Position numbers and translations under genes: made by a program. The notes beneath the pieces were generated by a model, which saw only the letters and a program-made list of their open reading frames with translations, searched no databases and was not told where the DNA came from. This document shows positions 26,997-37,937 of a stretch of DNA of 64,000 nt, piece by piece. The DNA is from an uncultured Actinomycetes bacterium. Its GTDB lineage: Bacteria > Actinomycetota > Actinomycetes > Nanopelagicales > Nanopelagicaceae. The DNA is taken from positions 44,678 to 108,677 of the forward strand of contig CALEGP010000029.1 of assembly GCA_937876245.1 (NCBI GenBank). The letters are read 5' to 3'. Positions within the stretch are counted from its first letter, which is position 1. The number at the start of each line of letters is the position of its first letter.

Positions 26997-27836
26997 ATGC
27001 GCATTGATGTCGCAAAGACTTATAAGTTATTTATCAATGGGAATTTCCCACGAAGTGAATCAGGACGCGTGTATGAAATCTTTGATGCCAAAGGAAAGTT
27101 TCTCGCAAATCCCTGCCTAGGCTCAAGAAAAGATTTGCGCGAAGCTGTAATTGCTGCTCGAACTGCCCATAGTGGCTGGACTACTGCAACTGCCTACAAT
27201 CGAGGTCAAGTTCTCTACCGAGTAGCAGAAATTATGCAGGGGAGAGCGGACCAATTTGTTGCCGAAATAGTTGCACTGGAAGGTGTCACAACTGCACAAG
27301 CAAAAACACAAGTTCAAGAAGCAATTGATATTTGGGTTTGGTATGCCGGTTGGACTGACAAAATCGACTCAATTTCTGGATCCACTAATCCTGTTTCTGG
27401 TCCGTTCTATAACTTCACTATCCCGGAAAGTCTTGGCGTTGTGACCATTTTTGCGGATGGAAAACCATCACTTGCCAATCTCATAGCAGGGTTAGCTCCG
27501 GTAATTGCGAGCGGGAATACTGCAATCTTAATTGCCAATGAGAAATATCCATTGAGTGCGATTACTTTGGCTGAATGCATCGCGACGAGTGATGTCCCGC
27601 CTGGAGTTGTAAATATTCTTACCGGCCAACTAGATCAATTCGTATTCTGGGTTGGTTCGCATATGGATATTGACGGCGTCGATGCGACCGGAGTTAGCAA
27701 GAAAGAATTAACTCAACTTAAAGAGCTAGGTGCTGAGAACTTGAAGCGAATCTATTCCTTCAAAGACAGCCACTCAATAAAGCGAATGACTAACTTTATG
27801 GAAGTTAAAACCGTCTGGCACCCAATAGGGATTTAG
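26997..27836 (+). CDS. Aldehyde dehydrogenase-like protein lacking the catalytic domain (279 aa)
   Basis: N-terminal ALDH-like region (YKLFINGNF..., GVVNILTG). After KELGAENLKR the sequence goes almost directly to a C-terminal-like tail (FMEVKTVWHPIGI). No catalytic Cys or EEIFGP motif. Starts 1 nt after the stop of the full-length ALDH. Confidence 0.7.
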   Translation: MRIDVAKTYKLFINGNFPRSESGRVYEIFDAKGKFLANPCLGSRKDLREAVIAARTAHSGWTTATAYNRGQVLYRVAEIMQGRADQFVAEIVALEGVTTAQAKTQVQEAIDIWVWYAGWTDKIDSISGSTNPVSGPFYNFTIPESLGVVTIFADGKPSLANLIAGLAPVIASGNTAILIANEKYPLSAITLAECIATSDVPPGVVNILTGQLDQFVFWVGSHMDIDGVDATGVSKKELTQLKELGAENLKRIYSFKDSHSIKRMTNFMEVKTVWHPIGI

Positions 27837-27839
27837 CGG

Positions 27840-28856
27840 CTATTTAATTAATTTAATTTCTTTAGCCAATATAGCTGCTTTAGCCTCTGCCACTGCTACT
27901 TTTAAAGCCTGATTTGCCGCTGTTGCAACCAAATCAATTCCATCATTGGCTAGCGTGTATTTTCGGCCAAATACGCCGCGTTTTCCATCCACTATTTCGA
28001 TAATTGATTTATCGCCAACTGTAGCGCCAATTAAATCGACAACTGCATTCTCATATCTCTCGGTTATATAGCCAATAAGAATCCTCTTAGCGGCCTTGGT
28101 TTGAAGAATAAATTGCTCGGGCTTAACTCCAATTAATTTAATACTTTTCTTGCCTCTTGTTAATTTGGAGATCGAAGTAACAATGCTTCCATTTCGAGAC
28201 CAAGGAGCAAAAATTACGTCAACCGCCCGCTTTGAAAGCGTTGCAACCTGGCTCTCGGCCGAATCGTTAACCTCTCGAGCCAAGACTTTAATTTTTGAAG
28301 AACCGTATTTTGCTCCAGCCCTAAAATTAGCCAATTCTAAATCGTTTGTGGGACTTGTCGCATCTCCCAGATATCCAATTTTACGACTCTTGGAATTCAT
28401 AGCAGCCATAACCCCGGCTAGAAAGGCGCTCTGGTCTTTGGCGAAAGCCATGCAACTCACATTAAGGGTTCCGACACCAGAACTTCCAACAATTGCGAAC
28501 TGAGCTCTTGGATATTTATCCGACATAAATGTCATAGCCTCGTCGAATGAGGAACCTACGCCGATTACGAGATCGTATTTCGCCTTAACTAAGAATTCAA
28601 TACGATTTTCTCTATCGAAATCAGAACCTGAGGTAACTAGCTCTCGAACGTCAAAATTTGATAGACCAAACTTTACTTTTGCCGTATCTACGCCGAGAGC
28701 TACTGCGTCGTTAACGGACCCATCACCTCGGCCGCCAATGTCATAAATTATTCCAACTTTAACTTTCTTCGTTGCTGAGTATGCTGGAGATGTTATACAG
28801 GAAAGAAGCAGGGTCAGAGAAATAAGTGTGACAACAATATTTTTTCTTTTAGCCAC
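27840..28856 (-). CDS. BMP-family (PnrA/Med-like) ABC substrate-binding lipoprotein, orphan
   Basis: Lipobox LLSC after a basic N-terminus. [19 protein letters not shown] is typical of BMP family proteins. No permease or ATPase genes adjacent. Confidence 0.75.
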   Translation of the reverse strand: MAKRKNIVVTLISLTLLLSCITSPAYSATKKVKVGIIYDIGGRGDGSVNDAVALGVDTAKVKFGLSNFDVRELVTSGSDFDRENRIEFLVKAKYDLVIGVGSSFDEAMTFMSDKYPRAQFAIVGSSGVGTLNVSCMAFAKDQSAFLAGVMAAMNSKSRKIGYLGDATSPTNDLELANFRAGAKYGSSKIKVLAREVNDSAESQVATLSKRAVDVIFAPWSRNGSIVTSISKLTRGKKSIKLIGVKPEQFILQTKAAKRILIGYITERYENAVVDLIGATVGDKSIIEIVDGKRGVFGRKYTLANDGIDLVATAANQALKVAVAEAKAAILAKEIKLIK

Positions 28857-29865
28857 GAGATATTAATCCCATGGCGTCATAGGTATCTCTTAAAGTTTTG
28901 CTAGCTACGGCATCGGCTTTCTCAGCACCAATCTTTAGGAGCTTGCTGAGATGTGCCTCGTCTTCGAGCAATTCGTTAGCCTTTTCGCGAACCGGTCTCA
29001 GATATTCGACAACGACTTCAGCAACCGTCATCTTGAAATCTCCATAGCCCTTGCCGATGAAATCTTCCTGAGCTGCGGTGATAGTTTTAGCAGTAAGCGC
29101 GCTGTAGATGGACAATAGATTGGAGACACCTGGCTTCGCCTGTTCGTCGAAAAGAACCTCTCTTCCGGTATCCGTAACTGCACTTTTAATCTTTTTGATA
29201 TTAATTTCTGGGCTATCCATGATTTCAATTACTCCGGCCCCGCTAGAACTTGATTTACTCATTTTCGCTGTTGGGTCCTGCAAATCATTTATCTTGGCCG
29301 CAGCTTTCAAGATGTAGCCTTCTGGAATTGTGAATGTCTCACCAAATTTTGCATTAAACCGTTGACCAAGATCTCTCGTTAGCTCAATGTGTTGCCGTTG
29401 GTCTTCTCCCACTGGAACTTTATGTGCTTGATACAACAAAATATCTGCTGCTTGCAAAATTGGATAAGTGAATAATCCAACCACTGTCCGATCTGACCCC
29501 GCTTTCTGTGATTTATCTTTGAACTGAGTCATACGACTTGCCTCACCAAAGCCAGTCAGACATTCTAAAACCCAACCCAGTTGGTTGTGAGCAGGAACAT
29601 GAGATTGAATGAATAGCGTACATTTTTCAGGGTCGAGTCCTAGCGCAATCAACTGTGCAACCGAGGCGAGAGTTCGGCGTCTTAACTCTTCAGGTTTAGC
29701 TCCAATTGTTAGTGCATGAAGATCAACGACACAGTAAAAAGCATCATGCGAGCTCTGTAAATCTACCCATTGCTTAATTGCGCCTAAATAATTTCCCAAG
29801 TGAAAAGAGAGATGGGTTGGTTGAATCCCAGAAAGGACGCGTTCTCTGCTTGTTTCATTCGACAT
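28849..29865 (-). CDS. trpS: Tryptophan--tRNA ligase
   Basis: HLGNYLGA (HIGH-type) and KMSKS motifs. Start chosen at ATG 29865; in-frame ATGs at 29874 and 29886 are also possible. Confidence 0.9.
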   Translation of the reverse strand: MSNETSRERVLSGIQPTHLSFHLGNYLGAIKQWVDLQSSHDAFYCVVDLHALTIGAKPEELRRRTLASVAQLIALGLDPEKCTLFIQSHVPAHNQLGWVLECLTGFGEASRMTQFKDKSQKAGSDRTVVGLFTYPILQAADILLYQAHKVPVGEDQRQHIELTRDLGQRFNAKFGETFTIPEGYILKAAAKINDLQDPTAKMSKSSSSGAGVIEIMDSPEINIKKIKSAVTDTGREVLFDEQAKPGVSNLLSIYSALTAKTITAAQEDFIGKGYGDFKMTVAEVVVEYLRPVREKANELLEDEAHLSKLLKIGAEKADAVASKTLRDTYDAMGLISRG

Positions 29866-31165
29866 GTGGGGCATCTTTCCATTCATTGCTCGAGATTAAT
29901 AATTGCCCTGCCCGTTTTCCCTCTAAAGTTAAAACGGTTATCCGCGCCTTATTTAAATCAATCACATCATGAATTGCCGGGATTCTTCCTAAGCGATGCA
30001 TAACAAAGCCACCAGCCGTTTCGTAAGGGCCTTCTGGAATAACAATTCCCGTCTCATCATAAAGATCTTCAAGTGAGATTAGGCCATCGACTTCGAAATC
30101 TCCGGTTTTAGGTTGGGGCATAACTTCAAGTTCTTCTGAGTCGTACTCATCTTGGATATCTCCAATGAGGCGCTCAACCAAATCTTCCAAGGTAATAATT
30201 CCATCTGTTCCACCGTATTCGTCAAGGACAATTGCAATATGACTTCGCATGGCACGCATTTCAGCAAGTGCGGGCAGAACGCCCTTTGTACCCGGGAGAT
30301 AAAGAACTGGGCGAATCAAGTCCAGAATTGTTTCGCCAGCCGAAGAATTAACTTTTGGATTCAGCAAATCTCTCACGTGCAAGAATCCTATTACTTCATC
30401 TGTGCTTCCCCGAGTTACCGGATATCTCGAGTGTGAGTGCTCAATCGAAACAGAGATTGCATCGCTAATCGATAGTCCAACATCCATGAAATCAACTTCG
30501 GTCCTTGGCACCATAATTTCATGAAGTTTGAGATCACCCGCGGCGAATACTTCTTCCATAATCTCGCGCTCTTCCTCGCTGAGTGCCGTATGGCCTGAAA
30601 CTAAATCAACTAACTCGGCTTCAGTAATCTCACTTCGGATTTCCTTGGCATCTAATCCGAAAATCTTTACGACAATGTCAGTTGATTTAGAGAGTAACCA
30701 AATAACTGGACGGAAAACCTTTGCCGTGAAATCAATTACCGGAGCAGAAACGATCGCAATTATTTCTGTTCTAAACAAGGCGAGCCGCTTTGGCACTAAT
30801 TCACCAAAAACAAGTGATACGTATGCAATTACAATCGTTATCGATACCAAGGCAAGAGTGTCGCTGACCGATTCGGAAAGTCCCCACTCTTCAAAAACTG
30901 GTGAAACATATTTACCTAGACGCTCAGAACCGAGCGCTGCAGAAAGGAAGCCCAGGAAGGTGATTCCAACCTGAGCCGCAGCCAAGAAGCGATTTGGATT
31001 TTTAGTTAATTGGACAACTCGGTCTCCTCGTTTGCCGGTGCCTTCAAGCTGTCGAATCTGAGAATCTCTAAGCGAGATCAGGGCAATCTCGGCAGCCACA
31101 AAAAACCCAGCGATCAAAATAAAGGCCAGCACAAGGCCGATATCGCGAAGAATATTGATGGTCAT
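29855..31165 (-). CDS. Hemolysin-family/CNNM protein (DUF21 TM domain + CBS pair + CorC_HlyC)
   Basis: 436 aa. N-terminal 4-TM DUF21 with AAEIALISL, a CBS pair, and a C-terminal CorC/HlyC-like transporter-associated domain. Confidence 0.85.
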   Translation of the reverse strand: MTINILRDIGLVLAFILIAGFFVAAEIALISLRDSQIRQLEGTGKRGDRVVQLTKNPNRFLAAAQVGITFLGFLSAALGSERLGKYVSPVFEEWGLSESVSDTLALVSITIVIAYVSLVFGELVPKRLALFRTEIIAIVSAPVIDFTAKVFRPVIWLLSKSTDIVVKIFGLDAKEIRSEITEAELVDLVSGHTALSEEEREIMEEVFAAGDLKLHEIMVPRTEVDFMDVGLSISDAISVSIEHSHSRYPVTRGSTDEVIGFLHVRDLLNPKVNSSAGETILDLIRPVLYLPGTKGVLPALAEMRAMRSHIAIVLDEYGGTDGIITLEDLVERLIGDIQDEYDSEELEVMPQPKTGDFEVDGLISLEDLYDETGIVIPEGPYETAGGFVMHRLGRIPAIHDVIDLNKARITVLTLEGKRAGQLLISSNEWKDAPHVE

Positions 31166-31277
31166 GGGCGTAAGGGTAACTTCTTTGCAGTTCGCAGGCT
31201 CCGCTAATTTTTAGGAAATGTGGCAATTTTGACGAAGATTGCGTAGCCTAACCCCAAGCTCGAACGGGCGAGATTTA

Positions 31278-31324
31278 CCCCTTATCCAACGGATCGTCGG
31301 GCACGTACCTGCCCGGAGAAGGAG
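31278..31324 (+). promoter_or_regulatory. Candidate SD-sequestering leader hairpin upstream of msiK (possible msiK-type RNA motif)
   Basis: CCCCTTATCC (31278..31287) can pair at 8 of 10 positions with the SD GGAGAAGGAG (31315..31324). An inner hairpin CGGGCA-N6-TGCCCG (31298..31315) lies between them. Confidence 0.3.
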
Positions 31325-31334
31325 TCGAAGAAAC

Positions 31335-32420
31335 ATGGCATCAGTAGTTTTTGAAAATGCATCTCGCGTCTACCCAGGAACCACCAAACCTGCGGTAAAT
31401 AACTTAAATCTAACAATTAACGATGGCGAATTCCTTGTTCTAGTTGGCCCTTCAGGTTGCGGAAAATCTACATCACTTCGCATGCTTGCTGGCCTAGAAG
31501 AAGTTGATACTGGATCAATCCGCATTGGCGATAAGGATGTAACTCACGTTGCTCCGAAAGATCGCGATATTGCAATGGTCTTCCAGTCATACGCGTTATA
31601 CCCTCATATGTCTGTAGCTGAAAATATGGGTTTTGCTTTGAAGATTGCCGGAATAGATAAGGCAGAACGCCAGCGCCGAGTAAATGAAGCAGCAAAACTC
31701 CTTGACCTTGAAGATTATTTAGATCGTAAGCCAAAGGCGCTTTCAGGTGGACAACGCCAACGCGTGGCTATGGGCCGTGCGATAGTTCGTGAGCCACAAG
31801 TTTTCTTGATGGATGAGCCACTATCAAACTTGGATGCGAAATTGCGTGTTGCAACTCGTACCCAAATTGCCGCGCTTCAGCGTCGATTGGGAATCACAAC
31901 TGTTTATGTAACGCACGATCAAGTTGAAGCTATGACCATGGGGGATCGCGTTGCGGTTCTAAAAGATGGCTTGTTGCAACAAGTTGATACTCCTCGCAAT
32001 CTTTATGATCGTCCAGCAAACGTTTTCGTGGCCGGTTTTATTGGTTCTCCAGCAATGAACTTGCTAACAGTTCCAGCAGCAGGTGGCAAGGCTCAACTCG
32101 GTGGTTTCAGTGTGGATGTTCCTGCGAGCGCGGGTTCAGTCGTAACTGTCGGTATTCGCCCAGAAAGCTTTGTTCCAGCTACTTCAGGAGGATTTGATGT
32201 CCTTGTGGAAGTTGTTGAAGAGCTCGGATCTGATGCATTTATCTATGGAAAGCCAGTAGATAAGAGCATTAAGTTTGCTCAAGAAACTGAAGAAGGTGCA
32301 CAAGTAATTGTTCGCTTGGATCCAAAGAACCCACCAAAGCCAGGAGAAACAATTTCAGTTAAAGCAATTCCAGCCGCAATCCATCTCTTTGATGCAAATT
32401 CCGGTGCCCGAATTAACTAA
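31335..32420 (+). CDS. msiK: Stand-alone sugar ABC transporter ATP-binding protein (MsiK/MalK/UgpC type)
   Basis: Walker A GPSGCGKST, signature LSGGQRQR, Walker B FLMDEP, C-terminal TOBE-like regulatory domain. Start set to ATG 31335 after GGAGAAGGAG. No cognate permeases nearby. Confidence 0.85.
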   Translation: MASVVFENASRVYPGTTKPAVNNLNLTINDGEFLVLVGPSGCGKSTSLRMLAGLEEVDTGSIRIGDKDVTHVAPKDRDIAMVFQSYALYPHMSVAENMGFALKIAGIDKAERQRRVNEAAKLLDLEDYLDRKPKALSGGQRQRVAMGRAIVREPQVFLMDEPLSNLDAKLRVATRTQIAALQRRLGITTVYVTHDQVEAMTMGDRVAVLKDGLLQQVDTPRNLYDRPANVFVAGFIGSPAMNLLTVPAAGGKAQLGGFSVDVPASAGSVVTVGIRPESFVPATSGGFDVLVEVVEELGSDAFIYGKPVDKSIKFAQETEEGAQVIVRLDPKNPPKPGETISVKAIPAAIHLFDANSGARIN

Positions 32421-32427
32421 TTACAAG

Positions 32428-32469
32428 TAAAAAAGCCCCGCTACCGAATTTCGGTGCGGGGCTTTTTTA
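32428..32469. terminator. Bidirectional intrinsic terminator between convergent msiK and icd
   Basis: A-tract, 12-bp GC-rich stem with one bulge (AGCCCCGCTACCG / CGGTGCGGGGCT), 5-nt loop, then TTTTTT. Confidence 0.8.
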
Positions 32470-32486
32470 CTTGTGCACAATTTTTT

Positions 32487-33707
32487 CTAGTTAAGTGCAA
32501 CCTGCAAATTCTCATCGATGGCAGCTAAAAAGTCCTGGGTATTTAACCAGGGGCTGTCCTTGGATATAAGGATTGCTAGATCTTTTGTCATCTTCCCAGA
32601 CTCAACTGTCTGGATACATACCTTTTCCAAAGTTGCAGCAAATTCCGCGAGTCGCTCATTCTTATCGAGTTTCGCCCGGTGTGTTAGACCTTGAGTCCAT
32701 GCAAAGATAGATGCGATTGGGTTAGTAGAAGTTTGATTGCCTGCCTGATGCTCGCGAAAGTGGCGAGTAACAGTTCCATGTGCTGCTTCAGATTCGACAG
32801 TGAGTCCATCTGGTGTCATTAAAACTGAAGTCATAAGTCCAAGTGAGCCATAACCTTGTGCGACGGTATCTGACTGCACATCGCCGTCATAGTTCTTACA
32901 TGCCCAAACATATCCACCCTCCCAGCGAAGCGAGGTTGCCACCATGTCATCAATCAAGCGATGTTCGTAGGTTATGCCGGCAGCTTCAAATTTAGCCTTA
33001 AATTCGCTCTGGAATATCTCTTCAAAAATATCTTTGAATCGGCCATCGTATGCCTTCAGGATTGTGTTCTTCGTGGATAAAAATACTGGGTAATTACGAA
33101 TCAGACCGTAATTCATGGAAGCCCGAGCAAAATCACGGATCGAATCATCTAGGTTATACATCCCCATCGCCACGCCTGAAGATGGAAAATCAAAAACATT
33201 AAATTCCATAGGCTTCGAGCCATCTTTTGGGGTAAATGTCATTGTCAGAGTTCCGGCGCCTGGCACACGGAAATCTGTAGCTTTATATTGATCACCGAAG
33301 GCGTGACGTCCGATCACAATTGGCTTGGTCCAATTTGGCACAAGTCTCGGAACATTTTTCATAATGATTGGTTCGCGGAAGATAACACCACCCAGGATGT
33401 TGCGGATAGTTCCATTCGGAGACTTCCACATCTGCTTGAGGCCAAATTCCTCGACCCGAGCCTCATCAGGCGTAATGGTTGCGCACTTAATTCCGACTCC
33501 ATGTTTCTTAATTGCATTCGCAGAATCAACTGTGACTTGATCGTTGGTAGCATCGCGATGCTCAATTCCAAGATCATAATATTCAAGATTTATATCTAGG
33601 TAGGGAAGAATCAACTTTTCCTTTATGAATGACCAAATAATCCGAGTCATTTCATCGCCATCTAATTCAACTACGGTTCCCTCTACTTTAATTTTCGACA
33701 TTTTCAT
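32487..33707 (-). CDS. icd: NADP-dependent isocitrate dehydrogenase (about 405-aa IDH1-like homodimeric type)
   Basis: [21 protein letters not shown]-terminus, [10 protein letters not shown], and HGTVTRH motifs. Confidence 0.9.
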   Translation of the reverse strand: MKMSKIKVEGTVVELDGDEMTRIIWSFIKEKLILPYLDINLEYYDLGIEHRDATNDQVTVDSANAIKKHGVGIKCATITPDEARVEEFGLKQMWKSPNGTIRNILGGVIFREPIIMKNVPRLVPNWTKPIVIGRHAFGDQYKATDFRVPGAGTLTMTFTPKDGSKPMEFNVFDFPSSGVAMGMYNLDDSIRDFARASMNYGLIRNYPVFLSTKNTILKAYDGRFKDIFEEIFQSEFKAKFEAAGITYEHRLIDDMVATSLRWEGGYVWACKNYDGDVQSDTVAQGYGSLGLMTSVLMTPDGLTVESEAAHGTVTRHFREHQAGNQTSTNPIASIFAWTQGLTHRAKLDKNERLAEFAATLEKVCIQTVESGKMTKDLAILISKDSPWLNTQDFLAAIDENLQVALN

Positions 33708-33733
33708 TCGCCCTTTTCTAGTATTTTTACTTC

Positions 33734-34690
33734 TTAGAGATCTTTAACATCTGCTTGCTTGGCGCGGACCGCCTCTGCGGCTGTTTTTAGCGCTTCAACT
33801 TCTCTCTCCGTTAGTGCACTCTCGATAACTTTACGAACGCCGTTTCTGCCAATCTCAGCTTCGACGCCAAGATAAACACCGTTGATGCCATATTCGCCAT
33901 CAACCCAAGCGCAAACTGGCATGATCGCACCGGAATCTTCCTTAACTGCTTTTGCCATTCGTGCAGCAGCCGCAGATGGCGCATAGTAGGCCGAACCAGT
34001 CTTCAACAGCGCAACAACTTCTGCTCCACCATTTCGCGTGCGATCAACTAGTGACTCAATTTTTGCTGAATCTAAAAGTTCGGTGAGTGGTTTACCGGCA
34101 ACGGTACAACGACTTGGGACTGGAACCATTGTGTCGCCATGTGAGCCAAGAGTAAGAGTTGTTACTGACGAAACTGGAACTTTTAGTTCCTCCGCAACAA
34201 AGTTGGTAAAGCGCGCAGTATCTAACATGCCCGCCTGTCCTATTACTCGATTCTTAGGAAAAGCAGTGGCAAGTTGAGCAAGTGCCGTCATTTCATCTAG
34301 TGGATTGGAAACTACGATGATTACCGCATCCGGAGAATGCTTCGCAATATTTTCTGCAACTCCACGAACAATTCCGGCATTTACTCCGATTAAATCCATA
34401 CGACTCATCCCAGGTTTACGTGGTAAACCAGCAGTGATTATTACAACTTCTGAGTTCGCAGTTGCTTCATATCCAATACCTTCGGCCGTGGTCGTTGCTC
34501 CAACTATTTTCGTTTCGAAACCTTCAATAGCTCTCGATTGATTCATATCTAGCGCCAAACCCTCTGGCTTGCCTTCTAAAATATCAGTGAGGACAACGGT
34601 TTCAAAAATATCGTATTCTGCTAAACGAAGCGCAGTTGTTGATCCATAAAAACCTGCTCCGACTACTGTTACTTTGCCTGATCTGCTCAT
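33734..34690 (-). CDS. mdh: Malate dehydrogenase (LDH-like family)
   Basis: [12 protein letters not shown] Rossmann motif, [13 protein letters not shown] substrate loop, GSHGD catalytic His. Confidence 0.9.
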   Translation of the reverse strand: MSRSGKVTVVGAGFYGSTTALRLAEYDIFETVVLTDILEGKPEGLALDMNQSRAIEGFETKIVGATTTAEGIGYEATANSEVVIITAGLPRKPGMSRMDLIGVNAGIVRGVAENIAKHSPDAVIIVVSNPLDEMTALAQLATAFPKNRVIGQAGMLDTARFTNFVAEELKVPVSSVTTLTLGSHGDTMVPVPSRCTVAGKPLTELLDSAKIESLVDRTRNGGAEVVALLKTGSAYYAPSAAAARMAKAVKEDSGAIMPVCAWVDGEYGINGVYLGVEAEIGRNGVRKVIESALTEREVEALKTAAEAVRAKQADVKDL

Positions 34691-34734
34691 TTTTTCTTCT
34701 TTCCTATTTATATTAAAAACTTGATGGGCAAATA

Positions 34735-34974
34735 TTACTTGGCATGTGGCAGTGTGAGCGCCACCACAAAAAGTAGCAATGCCATTGCACCTGGAAGGAT
34801 TAGTTCGATTTTCCTGTGCCTATTTGAGCGTAAATACTTGGTAATCGCGACGAATTCAGTTCCTAAAGCTATTAAAAGTGCACCCGTTCGAACTGCGCCA
34901 AATATCGCAAGAAGAACTCCCAAAACAATGAGTGCGAATGCTCCGACTCTTAATCGATCAATTACAATTTTCAT
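34735..34974 (-). CDS. DUF3017-like small membrane protein
   Basis: 79 aa, two TM helices. Lies immediately after folD with a 1-nt overlap, as for the small membrane protein after folD in mycobacteria. Confidence 0.55.
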   Translation of the reverse strand: MKIVIDRLRVGAFALIVLGVLLAIFGAVRTGALLIALGTEFVAITKYLRSNRHRKIELILPGAMALLLFVVALTLPHAK

Positions 34975-35810
34975 TAATTTCTTTGTGCCATTTCTACAAC
35001 GTTAGAAAGCAGCATTGCTCGAGTCATAGGACCTACTCCGCCTGGCATTGGAGCAATAAATGAAGCAACATCAGCTATATCTGGATGTACATCGCCGAGT
35101 AATCCTACATTGGTGCGAGTTATGCCGACATCCAAAATTACCGCACCGGTTTTAATCATATCCGCGCGAAGAAAATGTGGACTTCCGATTGCTGCAACAA
35201 TTATATCTGCACGTTTTGTATGAGAGGCAATTTCGGTCGTCTTTGTATGTGTCATTGTTACCGTTGCATCGCTTCCCCTTTGGGACAGCAACAAACCAAG
35301 TGGTCTGCCAACCGTCAAACCGCGCCCCATGACGACCACCTCTTTGCCCAAAGTCGAAATCGCATAACGGTGAAGGAGTTCGACGATTCCGCGAGGAGTG
35401 CATGGCAATGGAGCTTTTTCGCCGATTACCAGTTTTCCCAAATTAAGCGGGTGCAAACCATCAGCATCCTTATCGGGATCGATGGCTTCTAAAATTAGAT
35501 TCGTCTTTATCCCTTTAGGAATTGGAAGTTGGACGATATAGCCCGTGCACTCGTTGCTGTTATTCAAATCCTTAATTGCCGCTAAAACATCGTCTTGACT
35601 TGCAGTTGCAGGAAGGTCAATTCGAATCGAGTTAATTCCAACTTCAGCGCAATCCTTATGCTTACCTGCAACATAAGAATGTGAACCAGGATCCTGGCCA
35701 ACGAGAATTGTTCCTAGACCTGGCCTTACCGCCATTTTTATTACAATTTGGCGCAACTCCTCTTTTATCGTCGCGGCAGTAGCTTTGCCGTCAAGAATTT
35801 TTGCACTCAT
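34974..35810 (-). CDS. folD: Bifunctional methylenetetrahydrofolate dehydrogenase/methenyl-THF cyclohydrolase
   Basis: ILDGKA N-terminus, [27 protein letters not shown] motifs. Confidence 0.9.
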   Translation of the reverse strand: MSAKILDGKATAATIKEELRQIVIKMAVRPGLGTILVGQDPGSHSYVAGKHKDCAEVGINSIRIDLPATASQDDVLAAIKDLNNSNECTGYIVQLPIPKGIKTNLILEAIDPDKDADGLHPLNLGKLVIGEKAPLPCTPRGIVELLHRYAISTLGKEVVVMGRGLTVGRPLGLLLSQRGSDATVTMTHTKTTEIASHTKRADIIVAAIGSPHFLRADMIKTGAVILDVGITRTNVGLLGDVHPDIADVASFIAPMPGGVGPMTRAMLLSNVVEMAQRN

Positions 35811-35832
35811 ATTGCAATCCTATCTAGAAGGG

Positions 35833-37386
35833 TTAGCCATGTGAAAAATGACGTACTCCAGTGAAAAAAAGCGCGATCTTAGCGCTCGTTGCTGCAGCAA
35901 TGACTTCCGCATCCCGCATACTTCCGCCTGGTGCAACAACAGCGCTGATTCCAGCACCAATCAGAATTTTCAAGCCGTCGGCAAAAGGGAAAAAAGCATC
36001 ACTGGCCGCCACTGATCCTTCTGCCCTCTCTCCAGCACGATCAACTGCAAGTTTCGCGCTATCTACTCGGTTTACTTGCCCCATTCCAACGCCTACCGAT
36101 GCGCCATCTTTGGCCAATAAGATGGCATTGCTCTTCACCGCCCTAACGCTGCGCCAGGCAAATTCCAGATCCTTAAGGACTGCTTCATTCACGCTCTCGC
36201 CCGATACTTGTTGCCAGTTTGCGGAGAAATCGCCTGGCGCATCAATTAAATCCATTTCCTGAATAAGCAGACCGTTGGATATCGGTCTTAGTTCTTCTCT
36301 AGAAACTTTATAGTTGGCAATTTCCAAAATTCTAATTGAAGGTTTTGCTGACAATATTTCCAAAGCGCCCGCCTCGTATCCGGGAGCGATTACGACTTCA
36401 GTAAATATTTCACTTATTGCCTTAGCCATTTCTATTGATACTGCGCGATTTGCCGCAATTACACCCCCGAATGCCGACACTGGATCGCACGCGTGTGCGG
36501 CGCAATGGGCGGCAGCAATATCTTTAGCGATAGCAATTCCACAGGGATTGGCATGTTTAATTATTGCCACACAAGGTTCGTTGTGATCATAAGCCGCCCT
36601 AAGTGCAGCATCTGCATCTGTATAGTTATTGAAAGACATTTCTTTTCCGTGGTATTGCTTAGCGTTGGTTATTCCATCTAAAGACATCTTCGTGCGAGTT
36701 TTATCTAAATAAACAGCCGCTTTCTGGTGTGGGTTCTCGCCATACCTAAGGTCTTCAACTTTTTGCCAAACTTTTGCGCGCCAATCATTCTCATCTAACT
36801 CCCTACCAAGCCACTGTGAAATGGCAATATCGTATTCAGCTGTCACTCGATAAGTACGCATGGCAAGCTCTCTTCGCTCTCGCAAATTGAATCCACCATT
36901 ATGCAGCGCTGCACTTAACTGGGCATATTGTGAGGGATCGGAAATAACTGCCACCGAACCGTGATTCTTGGCCGCTCCCCGCAACATGCTGGGACCACCA
37001 ATATCAATTTGCTCGATACATTCGGCAAACTCTGCGCCGCTCGCAATTGTCTCAGTGAATGGATAGAGATTTATGACAACCAAATCAAAAGGCGCGATTT
37101 CTTGCTCTGCCAACTGAGCCATATGTTCAGGATCCAATTGATTAGCAAGAATCCCACCATGAATTCTGGGATGAAGGGTTTTTATTCTGCCACCAAGCAT
37201 TTCGGGAAAACCAGTGTATTGCTCGACTGGAATTACTTTTACACCAGCTTCTTGCAAAGTTTTCGCCGTCGAACCAGTTGAAAGTATTTCTATTCCGTGG
37301 CTCTCTAGGTCTCGTCCAAGTTCAACAAGTCCAGTTTTGTCATAGACGCTTACAAGTGCTCGAGTTATCTTTTTCTGCTCCATCAA
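35833..37386 (-). CDS. purH: Bifunctional AICAR transformylase/IMP cyclohydrolase
   Basis: [14 protein letters not shown] (MGS-like domain), [13 protein letters not shown]-terminal [10 protein letters not shown]. Confidence 0.95.
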   Translation of the reverse strand: MMEQKKITRALVSVYDKTGLVELGRDLESHGIEILSTGSTAKTLQEAGVKVIPVEQYTGFPEMLGGRIKTLHPRIHGGILANQLDPEHMAQLAEQEIAPFDLVVINLYPFTETIASGAEFAECIEQIDIGGPSMLRGAAKNHGSVAVISDPSQYAQLSAALHNGGFNLRERRELAMRTYRVTAEYDIAISQWLGRELDENDWRAKVWQKVEDLRYGENPHQKAAVYLDKTRTKMSLDGITNAKQYHGKEMSFNNYTDADAALRAAYDHNEPCVAIIKHANPCGIAIAKDIAAAHCAAHACDPVSAFGGVIAANRAVSIEMAKAISEIFTEVVIAPGYEAGALEILSAKPSIRILEIANYKVSREELRPISNGLLIQEMDLIDAPGDFSANWQQVSGESVNEAVLKDLEFAWRSVRAVKSNAILLAKDGASVGVGMGQVNRVDSAKLAVDRAGERAEGSVAASDAFFPFADGLKILIGAGISAVVAPGGSMRDAEVIAAATSAKIALFFTGVRHFSHG

Positions 37387-37937
37387 GTCCGCCCTGGAAT
37401 TCCATTTAGAATAAATCTCTCAAGTACCTCGACAATGAGCCTTCGTTCAGTAATCTTAATGCGTTCATGCAGGCTTGCTTCTTCATCCTCTGGCAAAATG
37501 TCTATTTCTTTCTGAGTAATGACCTCTCCGGTATCCATTCCCGAATCTACCCAGTGGACGCTCGCGCCGGTTCTAAGTGCGCCGGCAGCCAAGGCATCTC
37601 GTACGGCATGGGCTCCAGGAAAATTTGGCAAAAGTGCCGGATGCGTGTTTATCGTGCGAAAATTTTCCACGAAATTTTCCGAAAGTATCCGCATAAATCC
37701 AACGCTAACAACAAGATCTGGAGTCAAAGCCTCAATATACTCAAATAATTCATGGTTCCAAAGCTCTCTCTCTTCTTTCATGGGCAGGTGCTTGCACGCT
37801 ATTCCTGCGCTCATTGCCCGATCAAGTGCTTTTGACTGCCTATCTGAGATCACCGCCAAAATTTCTAGATCTAAATTCGCATCGATAATTGTTTGCACTA
37901 GCGTTCCGGATCCAGATGCTAGAAGAATAATGCGCAC
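37383..37937 (-). CDS. purN: Phosphoribosylglycinamide formyltransferase
   Basis: LASGSGTL N-terminus, NTHPALLP motif, [13 protein letters not shown]. Confidence 0.9.
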   Translation of the reverse strand: MRIILLASGSGTLVQTIIDANLDLEILAVISDRQSKALDRAMSAGIACKHLPMKEERELWNHELFEYIEALTPDLVVSVGFMRILSENFVENFRTINTHPALLPNFPGAHAVRDALAAGALRTGASVHWVDSGMDTGEVITQKEIDILPEDEEASLHERIKITERRLIVEVLERFILNGIPGRT

